In this document: positions 49,578-60,100 of the stretch, piece by piece | How the letters are laid out: each line of letters begins with the position of its first letter | Numbering within the stretch: position 1 is the stretch's first letter | Source: Spirochaetia bacterium | GTDB taxonomy: Bacteria > Spirochaetota > Spirochaetia > DSM-2461 | NCBI GenBank assembly: GCA_963668315.1 | Contig: OY764216.1 | Coordinates: forward strand, 2,400,001 to 2,464,000 | DNA length: 64,000 bases | Direction of reading: 5' to 3' | The notes under the pieces: generated by a model | What the model was told of the DNA's origin: nothing | Seen by the model: only the letters and a program-made list of their open reading frames with translations | Database searches by the model: none | Program-made: the position numbers and the translations under genes

Positions 49578-50180
49578 CTATTCCTTGAACTGGAAGACCG
49601 GAGCTTCTGTTATCCTGTATACGAGGGAGGTGTCTTCCGGCGAGAGAGAGGGATTTTCCACGGTGACAGTCATGGGATGGGCATTCTCGGCGAGAAATTC
49701 CTCGGCTCCCTTGGAGGTGGTTTCGGGATCGTAGATCTGAGTCATAAGGTCGGTCCAGGCGGCCGTATCGATTAGCAGATCGCCGGTCAGGAAGTCAACG
49801 CCCCGTCCCCATCTTTTGCCATGCTGTTCATAGAAAATCCGGGTGGGGGCCTGGAGAGCGATATCAAGATGGGAAGGCTCGCCGTCCGCGGAAGGTACTG
49901 ACGTGAAGTCGCCCCAGTACATCAGTGTTCTGTTGCCCTTCATGATCATGTCGGAGCCCCCGAATATATCCGTTTTGTATACAAGTCTGTACTTGTCTCC
50001 CGAAAGAAGCTCCAGGGAGTAGTTATCCAGATTATACCATCCGATCCCCTCCATCTGGGAGGGAACACTGAGCATATACATATTTTCCAAAGTCCCCGAA
50101 TCGGACCCGCAGGAAATCATGCTTAACGAGGCGAAGCAGACCATGGCAGACAGAAATAGCGTGAAAGCCGTTTTATTCAT
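49578..50180 (-). CDS. Uncharacterised lipoprotein
   Basis: RBS AGGAGA; MNKTAF...LSMISC lipobox. Confidence 0.78.
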   Translation of the reverse strand: MNKTAFTLFLSAMVCFASLSMISCGSDSGTLENMYMLSVPSQMEGIGWYNLDNYSLELLSGDKYRLVYKTDIFGGSDMIMKGNRTLMYWGDFTSVPSADGEPSHLDIALQAPTRIFYEQHGKRWGRGVDFLTGDLLIDTAAWTDLMTQIYDPETTSKGAEEFLAENAHPMTVTVENPSLSPEDTSLVYRITEAPVFQFKE

Positions 50181-50254
50181 CTTAATATCTCCTAATAAAA
50201 ATAAATGGAACGTTATCATCTCATATATCCGTCAGAATCATAGATGGGGGGACA

Positions 50255-50287
50255 TAAGTGGTAGGGGAAATGGTTAAACTGGTCGGG
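50255..50287 (-). promoter_or_regulatory. Degenerate LytTR-type direct repeat
   Basis: AAGTGGTAGGG at 50256 and AACTGGTCGGG at 50277 (period 21); minus strand ACCAGTT/ACCACTT. Confidence 0.5.
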
Positions 50288-50295
50288 ATAGATCG

Positions 50296-51576
50296 TCAGG
50301 AGAGGGGGATCACGGCGGAGAGGGTGAAGGACCTGCCCCGGGTATCCACGGTCACGAAGCCGTTGTACTTCTCCACCGTATGGCGGATGCTCTTCAGACC
50401 GAAGCCGTGGTAGCCGTTGGCCGGTTTCGTGCTGCGCGGCAGGTCTTCATCGAATTCGAGGTTCTGGTCGAAGGGGTTGATGATGTTGATGATGAGCATA
50501 TCGTTTTTCGTGTAAATCATCACGTCTATGAACCGGCTCTCCCTGTTCTCGTTTTTCATGACGCTTTCGATGGCGTTGTCCATGGCGTTTCCAAAAATCG
50601 TATAGATATCCACCGGGGCTATGAAGTTCATTTTCAGCCCGTCGGCCACGCAGTTGATATGGATGTCATGGGACTGGCAGTAGAGACTTTTCTCCGTCAG
50701 GATCGTATCCAGCGCCTCGTTGTTGGTCCGTACCAGAGAGTCATAGATGTTGATCGACTCTTCGATCTCCTTGAGATAGCCGTCTTTGTCGCCGGTCCCT
50801 TCCATCTGTCTGATGGCCGACACCTGGTGGCGCAGGTCGTGGCACTTCCTGTTGATCAGGCTGATGTTCTCCTTGGAGAGGTCATACTGATTTTTCTGGT
50901 GGTGCCAGAGGTAGTTGAGCTTGTCCAGTTCCTGCTGGATGGCGCTTTTGGAGAACAGGGCGTTCTGGAGGAAGAGCACGGTCACCGCGTAGGCCTGGCA
51001 CATGAGGATGAGAAGGGAGAGGGGAACATTGCCCGCGGGCAGGAACGTGCTCTCCAGAAAATATCCCAGCACTTCGTATATGACCATGAGCAGGAGGGCC
51101 GAGGAAAACTGGCGGGGCCCGATGCGGAACGTGTGGTTCAGGAGCAGCGACCGGGCCACGGATATCCCCAGGGTGAAGATATAAGCCGAGATGTAGAGGA
51201 TTATCAGCATCATCTGTATTCCGAAGGGCTGGAAGAAGGGTCCCCCGGGCAGAAGTTCGAGGAATCTGTATACCGACATGAAGAGCCTCGTAACGATGAC
51301 GATCCATAGGGTATGGTAGATAACGCCCTTTCTGGTCATCTCGGCACAGAAATCCACGGCCAGGAAGGTTAAGAGATATTCCAGAAGCCAATCGGCCGGA
51401 TTGCCGAAGCGGAAGTAGGCCGAAAGGGCTCCGGCGAGGAGATAGAAAAATCCCAGCATCACATAGCGGAGGACGATATTCTTCCTGTGGGTGACGGGGA
51501 ACAGGAAGACAAGAGTGGTGCCCCCCAGGGCGGCGAAGTCGAAGAGGGACATGATGGGCAGGATGGAGCTGATCAT
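50296..51576 (-). CDS. Multi-TM GHKL sensor kinase (AgrC-like)
   Basis: CHDLRHQ, GNAMDNAIE, HGFGLKSI; start MISSIL overlaps the regulator's stop. Confidence 0.9.
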   Translation of the reverse strand: MISSILPIMSLFDFAALGGTTLVFLFPVTHRKNIVLRYVMLGFFYLLAGALSAYFRFGNPADWLLEYLLTFLAVDFCAEMTRKGVIYHTLWIVIVTRLFMSVYRFLELLPGGPFFQPFGIQMMLIILYISAYIFTLGISVARSLLLNHTFRIGPRQFSSALLLMVIYEVLGYFLESTFLPAGNVPLSLLILMCQAYAVTVLFLQNALFSKSAIQQELDKLNYLWHHQKNQYDLSKENISLINRKCHDLRHQVSAIRQMEGTGDKDGYLKEIEESINIYDSLVRTNNEALDTILTEKSLYCQSHDIHINCVADGLKMNFIAPVDIYTIFGNAMDNAIESVMKNENRESRFIDVMIYTKNDMLIINIINPFDQNLEFDEDLPRSTKPANGYHGFGLKSIRHTVEKYNGFVTVDTRGRSFTLSAVIPLS

Positions 51577-52280
51577 TTGCCCCCCTGGATAAAGCGGGTG
51601 AAGGCTTCCCGGAAAGCCGCTTTGTTGCGCCGGCTTATCTCCAGCTCGAACTCGCCCAGGGTCACTGTGCTGTTGCTGATATTGCTGACATGCTCCAGAT
51701 TGACCAGATACCAGTGGTTGCAACGGACGAAATTATAAGGGGACAGTTCATCCTCCACCCCTTTCATGGTCCCCCTGACCGAATAGGTCTTATCGCGCAG
51801 ATGGTAGTGGAGAAAGCGGTTGCTGCTCTCAACGTAATAGATCTCTTCCGTATCCAGGGTGACGATGAAGTCCTGGCTCGAGAGGGTGATTTTCTTCGAT
51901 CTATGTCTGTCTATCCTGTCGATGGCCCGGGCGAAGCGCTTGGTGAAGGTAAAATAGTTGATCGGTTTGAGAATAAAATCGAGGGCATCGACCTCGTAAC
52001 CTTTGATGGCGTACTGGGCCATGTAGGTGATGAAGACAATCACCGTTTCTCCGTTGGATTTCCGGATCTCGTGGGCCGTATCCATGCCGTTCATATCGGG
52101 CATTTCTATATCAAGGAAGATGATATCATAGCCGTTTGTGGGGCCTGCCAGAATCTCACTGCCGTCTTTGAAGGGGGTTATCTCCGCTTCCGAACCGGTT
52201 TCCGCCATGTAATCGTTGATATACTGGACAATCTTCTCCCTGTATTCCTGCTCGTCCTCTACTACAGCGATTTTCAGCAT
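51573..52280 (-). CDS. LytTR-family response regulator
   Basis: VVEDE, LDIEMP, FILKP; IYYVES, FVRCNHWYLVN, ISRRNK. Confidence 0.92.
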   Translation of the reverse strand: MLKIAVVEDEQEYREKIVQYINDYMAETGSEAEITPFKDGSEILAGPTNGYDIIFLDIEMPDMNGMDTAHEIRKSNGETVIVFITYMAQYAIKGYEVDALDFILKPINYFTFTKRFARAIDRIDRHRSKKITLSSQDFIVTLDTEEIYYVESSNRFLHYHLRDKTYSVRGTMKGVEDELSPYNFVRCNHWYLVNLEHVSNISNSTVTLGEFELEISRRNKAAFREAFTRFIQGGK

Positions 52281-52394
52281 TCCCGATTTCCTTCAAAGAT
52301 GTTTCCCCGGGGGATAGGAACATCATATCCCAATCGAGTTCCTTATTCAATGAGACGGCTATTCGGGAAATCGTCAAAAAAATGAAAAAAAACA

Positions 52395-52425
52395 TTGACC
52401 TGGAGTAACCTCAAGGTCGTATTTT
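52395..52425 (+). promoter_or_regulatory. MerR-family-type promoter/operator
   Basis: -35 TTGACC, 19-bp spacer, -10 TATTTT; dyad ACCTGGAG-TAAC-CTCAAGGT (52398-52417). Confidence 0.65.
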
Positions 52426-52504
52426 AAAATCAACATGATAAAACATGCCGATGGTTAGCATTCCTCGGCTTGAGAGCTTAAAATTAATCCCAAGGAGATA
52501 TTTT

Positions 52505-53380
52505 ATGATTTTAGATGAAAATTATACTTTAAAAAATGGTGTGGAGATCCCCAAACTGGGGCTGGGAACCTGGATGATCGGCGATGACGCTGTCGCCCGG
52601 GCAGTCAAGGATGCGGTAGAGCTGGGGTACCGCCATATAGATACGGCTCAGGCCTATGCCAACGAGCGCGGCGTAGGGGAGGGCGTCAGAGCCTGCGGAC
52701 TGAGGAGAGAGGAGATTTTCGTCACCACAAAGCTGGCCGCCGAAGCCAAGAGCTACGATGTGGCCGCCGCTTCCATCGATGAATCCCTCAAGGTGATGGG
52801 GCTCGATTATATCGACATGATGATTATCCACAGCCCCCAGCCCTGGATGGAGTACGGCGCCGACGAGGACCGCTGCTTCGAGGGAAACAAAGAGGCATGG
52901 CGCGCTCTGGAAGATGCTTACAAAGAGGGAAAAATCAAGGCTATCGGCCTCTCCAACTTCCTGAAGGAGGACCTGGACAATATCCTGGAATCCTGCACCG
53001 TCAAGCCCATGGTCAACCAGATTCTGGCCCATGTCAGCAATACTCCCTTTGATCTGATCGATTACTCCACGTCCAAGGGGCTTCTGGTCGAAGCCTATTC
53101 GCCTGTGGGACACGGGGAGCTGATGAAGAATCAGAAAATCATCGACATGGCCGCCAAGTACGCCGTTTCCGTTCCTCAGCTCTGCATCCGCTACGATCTG
53201 CAGCTGGGACTTCTGCCCCTGCCCAAGACGGCCAATCCCGCCCATATGAAGAACAACGCCGAAGTGGACTTTGTCATCTCCGAAGGAGACATGGACGTCC
53301 TTAAAAAGATGGAGAAGATCAAGGATTACGGCGACGCCAGCATGATGCCCGTTTTCGGCGGCAAGCTGCCCCGGGGTTAG
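52505..53380 (+). CDS. Aldo/keto reductase (DkgA-like)
   Basis: GLGTW, GYRHIDTAQAY, FVTTK, IHSP, IGLSNF, LPKT; RBS AAGGAGA. Confidence 0.92.
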   Translation: MILDENYTLKNGVEIPKLGLGTWMIGDDAVARAVKDAVELGYRHIDTAQAYANERGVGEGVRACGLRREEIFVTTKLAAEAKSYDVAAASIDESLKVMGLDYIDMMIIHSPQPWMEYGADEDRCFEGNKEAWRALEDAYKEGKIKAIGLSNFLKEDLDNILESCTVKPMVNQILAHVSNTPFDLIDYSTSKGLLVEAYSPVGHGELMKNQKIIDMAAKYAVSVPQLCIRYDLQLGLLPLPKTANPAHMKNNAEVDFVISEGDMDVLKKMEKIKDYGDASMMPVFGGKLPRG

Positions 53381-53381
53381 G

Positions 53382-54314
53382 CTATTTTCCGGCGGGAGAA
53401 TCGCGGAGTTCCAGCCAGATGCGTTTCGTAACGGGCGTGGCGACTCCCAGCGATTCTCCCAGTCTTACGACGGCGGCCCCGTAAAGGTCAAGCTCGTTCT
53501 TCCTCGAGGGGTCGGCGAAATCCCTCTGGAAGGAGGTCGTCGTATTATATTCAAGGCCGTTTGTGAATCTCTCCGCATCCTGAACGTCCTCTTCGGTAAG
53601 AGCGACGCCCGCCGCCAATCCCAGTTCATACACTTCCCGTACCATGGTCTTCACCGTGCCGTCCAGCACGGGATCTTCCCGCAGGGCTCCCATGGTTTTG
53701 CCGCTCCAGGCTCCCAGGAGGCTGTAGGGTGAGATAAAGAGGAATTTCCGCCAGATCGCCGGCCGGGGATCGTCGAACCACCGGGCGTTTATTCCGGCCT
53801 TTTCCAGAAAAGAGGTTAAGGGCGCGGGATCGAAATCCGGGCTTCCCGGGCTGTTCCCGAAGACAAAGAGCTCCCGTCCCGTCTGATATCTGACAACGCC
53901 CGGCGCCTCTATATAGGAGGAGACGTAGGTGGCCCCGGAGAGGAGAATCCCCCTGTCCAGATGCTGCCTGATCCGCAGGGGAATATCCATCCCGTTGAGA
54001 ATGGGGATCAGCAGGGTCCGCTCGCCGATCAGCGGTTCGATCTCCCGGCAGGCCTGTTCCAGGTCATAGGACTTCACGCAAAGGAAGATGAGATCCTGCA
54101 CTCCCAGATTTTCCGCAGAGGAAGTGGCCGCGGCGGGATGGACGACGACGTCGGGGCTGTCCGGGTGTTTGTAGGTCAGCCCCTTGGCCGTGATAGTTTC
54201 CAGATGTCTGCCCCGGGCGATGAAATTCAGCCGGGCCTGGGGCAGATGGGAACCGATTTTTGCGCCCAGATAGCCGCCGATTCCCCCTATGCCGAAAATG
54301 GTAATATTGTGCAT
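53382..54314 (-). CDS. panE: Ketopantoate reductase family (PanE/ApbA)
   Basis: GIGGIGG, CVKSYD, LNG, WRKF, TSFQRD, NELD. Confidence 0.8.
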   Translation of the reverse strand: MHNITIFGIGGIGGYLGAKIGSHLPQARLNFIARGRHLETITAKGLTYKHPDSPDVVVHPAAATSSAENLGVQDLIFLCVKSYDLEQACREIEPLIGERTLLIPILNGMDIPLRIRQHLDRGILLSGATYVSSYIEAPGVVRYQTGRELFVFGNSPGSPDFDPAPLTSFLEKAGINARWFDDPRPAIWRKFLFISPYSLLGAWSGKTMGALREDPVLDGTVKTMVREVYELGLAAGVALTEEDVQDAERFTNGLEYNTTTSFQRDFADPSRKNELDLYGAAVVRLGESLGVATPVTKRIWLELRDSPAGK

Positions 54315-54378
54315 GGGCCTATTCTACGAATAGTTCTGCCCCATGTCCATAGGTGGTATCGGTCGGCCAGATCCGGTA

Positions 54379-57138
54379 TCAGCTTTTAAAAAGAGATTCC
54401 AGCTCTCCGGCGCCAATCTCTACGGCGGGTTGGAAATCCCCGCTGTTCATATAGGCACAGATACTGGCCAGCAGCTGGGAAGAAACGGCCTTACCCTCCA
54501 GATTGTCGAAATTCATGCTGGAAACCATCAGCTGCCCTCCGCCGCAGCGGCACTCGAAGAGCATGGCGAGCTTGTGGCTTCTGAACCATGTATCGATGGG
54601 CTGAACCAGGGGTTCGAGCTCTCCGGGTAGATCGTCCAGAACCAGGGAGGCCGCGTCGTGCATCGGCTCCCACCACTGCCAGTTGCTGTAGTCCTCCGTG
54701 GGGAAACCGGCGAAAACGGGATGTCCCGAATCGCAGCTGAGCCCCAGGGTATGGGGGGCCTGATGGCGCGTCCACGAGGTGTTCCAGAAGACAGAGGAGA
54801 ATCCCGTGGCCACATCGGTGTCCACGGCGGCGGGGGGAGCGGTCAGCAGAACCTTTTTCCCCTCCTTCAGGGCTTTCAGAGCTTCTGCGGGTGTATAGCA
54901 GCGGTAGACATCTCCTTCGGCGGTCGAAATCTCTTTGGGATAGACCCAGACATCCCAGTTATTCACGGCGCCGGTTTCGGGGAATTGCACTTCCAGGGTA
55001 TAGCGCGCCGGAGACTCGAGGCCTTCAAAGGAGAAAGAGAAGGGCGAGAGGCGGTTAAGCCCCCGGGTCAGGCTTTTCCCGCTCCCCAGCTTCTGCGTGC
55101 TCAGCGCTTTTCCCTTGCTGTCTTTCACTGAGACGGTGAGCTCGGCATTTTCATACTCCCGGTCGGAATAGTTGTAAAGGTCCAGATCGGCGGTTATCGT
55201 CTCGTTCTCCCGGAAAATCCTCCGGGGCAGCCGGGCCAGGGGCACGATTTCGCTGCAGAAACGGTGGAAGTCCTGCGCTTCGCAGTAGCCCTTATCTTCC
55301 CAGAAAGCATTCAGAACGCCCACCAGAGCCGTGCCCTGGCCGGGAAAATCGGTCAGTCCCAGAAGCTGGAAGCCCGAGATATTCTCGGTCCGGAGATTGC
55401 TTTCGATCTCCTCCTTGTAGCAGAGGAGCTGCTGTTTCCCCGAGGCGTAAAGAAAGGCTTCCGACTTATCGGCCATGCCCCGCCTTTTCATGATATCCTG
55501 GAACACTTCGTAATTTTTCGGTTTGAGGAAGCCCGTGTACTTTTTCATCTCCTTGAAATCGGGGAAGACGCACCACTGGCCGTTCTCGTGAGTAATGACG
55601 GGGACATCCCGCTTGCGGCAGAAGTCATAGTAATCGGTAACCGTCTCCGGCGCCCGGCCGTTGATCCGGGACTTCAGCTCTTCTCCCCAGCGCTGCAGGC
55701 GGGGATCGGGTGTGACATGGAACTGATTCTCTTCGTTCTCCGGCCAGCCGGAAGAGCAGGTATAGAGGCGGCGGCTGTCCTTCTGTTTCCAGTAAGTCGT
55801 CCAGGCGGCCAGAAAATCCTTGTCTCTGCCGTAAGGTTCGTTGCCGCTGTTGAAGAGGATGAAGGAGGGATGATGGCCGTATGCCCCGATGATCCGCTCC
55901 GATTCCCTGAAGAGCCACTCATCCTGATCGGCGTCGCCCTTGAATTCCACACCCTGATTTTTCCACAGGGGGCACTCCACCTGGAGATAGACCCCCGCTT
56001 TGTCCGCTTCGCTGAAAGCCGCTTCCGGGGGGCACCAGGAGTGGAACCGCATATGGTTCATCCCGTAATCCTTGAGTTTGGCATAGATCTTTTTCCAGCT
56101 CTCCCCGTCCGTGGGGGGATGGCCGGTTTTGGGGAAAACGCAGCACTCCAGAGTTCCCCTGAGGTGAATCGCCCGGCCGTTGACGAGGATTTTGTGACCG
56201 TCGGTTTGAACATCCCTGAGCCCGGTGGTCAGAGTGCGGCTGTCCAGGAGGGCGCCTCCCCTGGTCAGGGACAGGTCCAGCGTTACCAGCTGGGGGTTGT
56301 GTTCGTCCCAGAGGCCAAGGTCCCTGTCGAACTCGATTTCCCGGAAAATCTCCCCGGATCCGGGAAGGAGGGTCACACCGGTTTTCTCCTTAAGGGGGGA
56401 GTCCGGCCTTTTGGCCGAAGACGTGAGGGTCAGCTCGGCTTTCACCTTTGTCTCTTCCCGGTTGGTCACGGTCAGCTTCACGATGGCCGACTTTCGGCCG
56501 GAAACGGGGAATATGTCCCATTTTTCAATCCGGCAGGAGGTCACAGGAGCCAGGGACATCTCGCCCACCACGCCGTTCCAGCTGCCTTGGGTGTGGTCGG
56601 AGACGCTGTGGGCGTTCGGGCCCATGTCGTAAATCATCCTGTTATCGACCCTTATGACCAGTTCGCCCTTTTTCTGACCCTCCTTGCGCGTAAGGATGTA
56701 TTCATGGGCCGTACACAGGCTGTCCCTTGACCCCAGGGGAGCTCCGTCGAACCAGACTCGGGTTTCCCAGTGGGTGCGTTCCAGGGTCAGGAGCCAGGTC
56801 AGGACTTCCCCGCCTTCGGGGAACTCTATTGTCCTCTTGTACCATGCGGGCCCGACGAAACGGGTATCCGGCTGGAGCCAGTAGATATATTTGAAATCTT
56901 CCGCCGTGCGGTAGGGGGCATAGAGATCTTCTCCGAGGAATTCGCTTCCCACCTGCGAGCCCACCCAGTCCGTATCCGGTCCGATCGGATCGCCCAGTCG
57001 GTTTTCTTCGAGACAGCCGGGCATTTTGATCACCCCTTCGGCGGGGGGGAAGGACGCATCCGTTCCCATCAGTTCCAGTCCCTTGTCTTCCCTGTCCAGA
57101 TATACGGACCAGTCTCCGGCTAAGTTGATGTTACTCAC
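54379..57138 (-). CDS. GH2-family glycoside hydrolase
   Basis: GPAWY, LERTHW, WDEHNP, LRGTLEC, MNHMRFHSWCPP, GNE, THENGQW. Confidence 0.85.
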   Translation of the reverse strand: MSNINLAGDWSVYLDREDKGLELMGTDASFPPAEGVIKMPGCLEENRLGDPIGPDTDWVGSQVGSEFLGEDLYAPYRTAEDFKYIYWLQPDTRFVGPAWYKRTIEFPEGGEVLTWLLTLERTHWETRVWFDGAPLGSRDSLCTAHEYILTRKEGQKKGELVIRVDNRMIYDMGPNAHSVSDHTQGSWNGVVGEMSLAPVTSCRIEKWDIFPVSGRKSAIVKLTVTNREETKVKAELTLTSSAKRPDSPLKEKTGVTLLPGSGEIFREIEFDRDLGLWDEHNPQLVTLDLSLTRGGALLDSRTLTTGLRDVQTDGHKILVNGRAIHLRGTLECCVFPKTGHPPTDGESWKKIYAKLKDYGMNHMRFHSWCPPEAAFSEADKAGVYLQVECPLWKNQGVEFKGDADQDEWLFRESERIIGAYGHHPSFILFNSGNEPYGRDKDFLAAWTTYWKQKDSRRLYTCSSGWPENEENQFHVTPDPRLQRWGEELKSRINGRAPETVTDYYDFCRKRDVPVITHENGQWCVFPDFKEMKKYTGFLKPKNYEVFQDIMKRRGMADKSEAFLYASGKQQLLCYKEEIESNLRTENISGFQLLGLTDFPGQGTALVGVLNAFWEDKGYCEAQDFHRFCSEIVPLARLPRRIFRENETITADLDLYNYSDREYENAELTVSVKDSKGKALSTQKLGSGKSLTRGLNRLSPFSFSFEGLESPARYTLEVQFPETGAVNNWDVWVYPKEISTAEGDVYRCYTPAEALKALKEGKKVLLTAPPAAVDTDVATGFSSVFWNTSWTRHQAPHTLGLSCDSGHPVFAGFPTEDYSNWQWWEPMHDAASLVLDDLPGELEPLVQPIDTWFRSHKLAMLFECRCGGGQLMVSSMNFDNLEGKAVSSQLLASICAYMNSGDFQPAVEIGAGELESLFKS

Positions 57139-60100
57139 TGTTTTTCTCCTGATTTGATGTTTCTTTCGTGCAGATTCGCACCCTGATGATCGGGCATGAA
57201 CTCAAGAATGCCCTTGATTTCGTCAATGGCCCTGGCCGTTTCTCCCAGACCTTCATACCCCAGGCTTCTCAGGTAGGCGCAGTTGGCCAGCCGCAGCCTG
57301 TCCCCATCCTGCTGGAAGACGGTGATCTCCGGCAGGGATACGGCGAAGTAGTCCGGTACCGCCGGCTTGAAGCTCATCTGTTCGCCGAATCTCATCAGCT
57401 TGTGATAGCGCTTTTTCGCCTGCCCCCTGTCTCCCCGTTTCTCCCAGGCCAGTGCCTGATAGTAGATTGTATCGGAGGGCTGGTCGTTGTAGTAAAGCAT
57501 CTCCGAGGGCTCTTCCAGCCCGGCGCCCGCTTTTTCCCACCAGATTTCTGCCTCGTTCCTCCGGCCGGCCTTCTCCATGAGGCAGCCCAGGTAGTAGTGG
57601 ACGATGTTATCCTGCGCGTTGGGAAGTTTGCCTTCGCCCAGATTCTCCGGAACGGTCAGGGCCTGCTTCAGAAGGGATTCGGCCCTTTCCAGGTCTCCCT
57701 TTTCCGTTGCCGCCCGGCCCAGCTCTCCCAGAGCCAGGGCATACTGGCGGCTCGCCCGGCCTTCTCCTCCCTCCCAGGGGTGGAACCGGCGCGTAGAGAG
57801 GATCTCCAGGGCTTTCGCGTAGTGTCCCGCCGTATTCAGAAGTGTGACATACTCCACGGCCAGGTCGTCCCTTTTCAGGGCCAGGGCCTCATTCTCTTCC
57901 AGGCGTTTCAGCCGCTCTTCCAGAGGCCTGCCGCAGAGGGCCGAGAGGTTGTCGTATTCGAAGAGGAGGCGGGCGTCCCCCTTATCGAGGCGGAAGGCTT
58001 CCGCCATGCAGGCCAGGGCCCGTTCGCCGTCCTTTGCCTTATTGTAATAGTAAATGGAAAGATTTCTGTGGTTTGTGGGGAAGGCCGGATCAAGGGCAAT
58101 CGCTTTCTTCCAGCACTCCGCCGCCCGGGCGTACTGTTTTTTGTCATAGAGCAGATTGCCCAGATAGTAGCAGGCCTTCGCTCCCGAGGGATTCGTGCTG
58201 ATCGCTCTCTCTAATAGGGCAATCTCTTCCGATTTGTTGGGAAAGCAGTAGGCGCTGTCCATGGATTCCGCCCGTTTCAGCGACTCATCCCGTTTTTCCT
58301 TGTCCCCGAGAATGTCGCACAGCCAGGCTTTCATAAAGAAAACCCGGGGAGACGGATCCTTCTCCAGCTCCAGGACGGCCAGGGCATCCTCGTTAAGTCC
58401 GGCCCTTTCGTAATCCAGGGCCAGGTCCAGATAGAGGTTCTCCTCCACGCCGAGTCCCGCGGCGCCCGACTCGAAAAGCAGCCCCGGATTCAGTCTGTCG
58501 ATTTTCCGGCACGTTTCCAGCAGGGGCTCCCTCTCATCTCCGGTTATCCGTTTGAGAGCCGTCCTGAGAATGAGAGCCTTCATGTTATGTCCGTTATAGA
58601 TAAGGGAACGCTCCAGAAAACCGTCGGCCTCCTTCCAGAGCTTCTTCCGGCTGGCCAGGCAAGCCAGATAGTAGAATCCGAGGCTCTGGGCGTCTTCGCA
58701 CCAGGTGGCTTTGTAAAAGGCGTCATAGGCTTCATCGTATTTTCCCTGCATGAAGAGGGACTGGCCCAGGTGGAGCTGATTCAGGCCCGTATAGGGATTG
58801 GCCGTGAGCCAGCTCTCTCTTTTCACGGCTTTGCGGAAGTATTTCTCGCTTTCGGCAAACTGCCCGCTCCGGTAGAGGAGAAGACCGCAGGCATCGTTCA
58901 GGCGCATATCGTCGGGAAAGCGCTTGAGCCCTTCCCGGTAGTAGGCTTCCGGCTCGTAGCTGGCGTGGCGGTACTGTTCCAGGTGGAGTCCCGCGAGGAA
59001 GAGCTCTTCGGCGCTGCTCAGGTCTTCCGGGCGGGGGAGGGCGGCGGCCGGATCGGGCAGGGATTCGTAGCTCTCCTCTTTAATCGTGTAGTCGACAAGA
59101 AGTTCGCCCGCAGCCGAATGGACGCTTACGGTAAGACCCATATCGCACGGGAGGGGCAGCTCCATTTCCAGAGACACGGGGGCTTCCGGGGAAGGGGAAA
59201 CCTGCTGCTTCCAGAGAACTTTGCCTCCCTTTTCTATGCTTATCTGCGCCTCTTCGCGGACCGCCGTCGTATAGAGGACGATCGTTCCCTTCCCTTCGGA
59301 AAAGGTCCAGTTGAGAGCGGCCTCTTTCGTGGCGTTCTTGACGCGGCCCGCCTTTTTATAGGGCATGAAATACTGGGTGAACACCTTTTCCTCGTGGGGA
59401 TTCAGCCAGGTGAAGTCGGGCTGGTTATCGGTGAAGACGCCGGTCATCAGCTCGATATAGGGGCCGTCCTCGTCGGTCAGGTTCCTGTCCCAGGCCCGGC
59501 CGAAATCGGCATTGCCCCAGGTCCACTGCTTTTTCCCGGGCGAGATATGGTGATCCGCCACATGAAGAAGCCCGGCGTCCCGGCTCTCGTCGTAGTTTCC
59601 CATGAAGTCGTAATCCGACCGGTGGGCCATGTAGGAGGTGGGCACGGGAATATTGGCGTACCGGGAGATATCCACTCCGGCGGAGTAATCCATCTTGTAG
59701 TACTCCCCCGTGGCGATGGGGTAGGAGGAGACCGCCCGCTTCCCGTGGTCCATGACCGCTTTCACGTCGGAGGGGAAGACCGAATAGGTGTGATCGTTCA
59801 CGGAAACGGCGGGATTGGCCCACCACAGGAACGTCTGGGGCAGATCGGTGGGATTGGAGAGGCGTCCGTGGATTTCCAGATAGGCCGATTCGGGATAGAG
59901 GGAGAATCCCACCACACTCCGGGTGCCGTACATCTTATCCGTTTCGCCGCACCAGAGGGTCTTCCGGCCGTCTTCTCCCGTTTCCATCTCATAGTCCAGG
60001 GGGGCGTATGTGGAGGGGCGGTGGTGCTGGGGCCAGTTGAACTCGATGCCGCCCGAGATCCAGGGGCCCGCCAGTCCGACAAGGGCCGGTTTGATCACCC

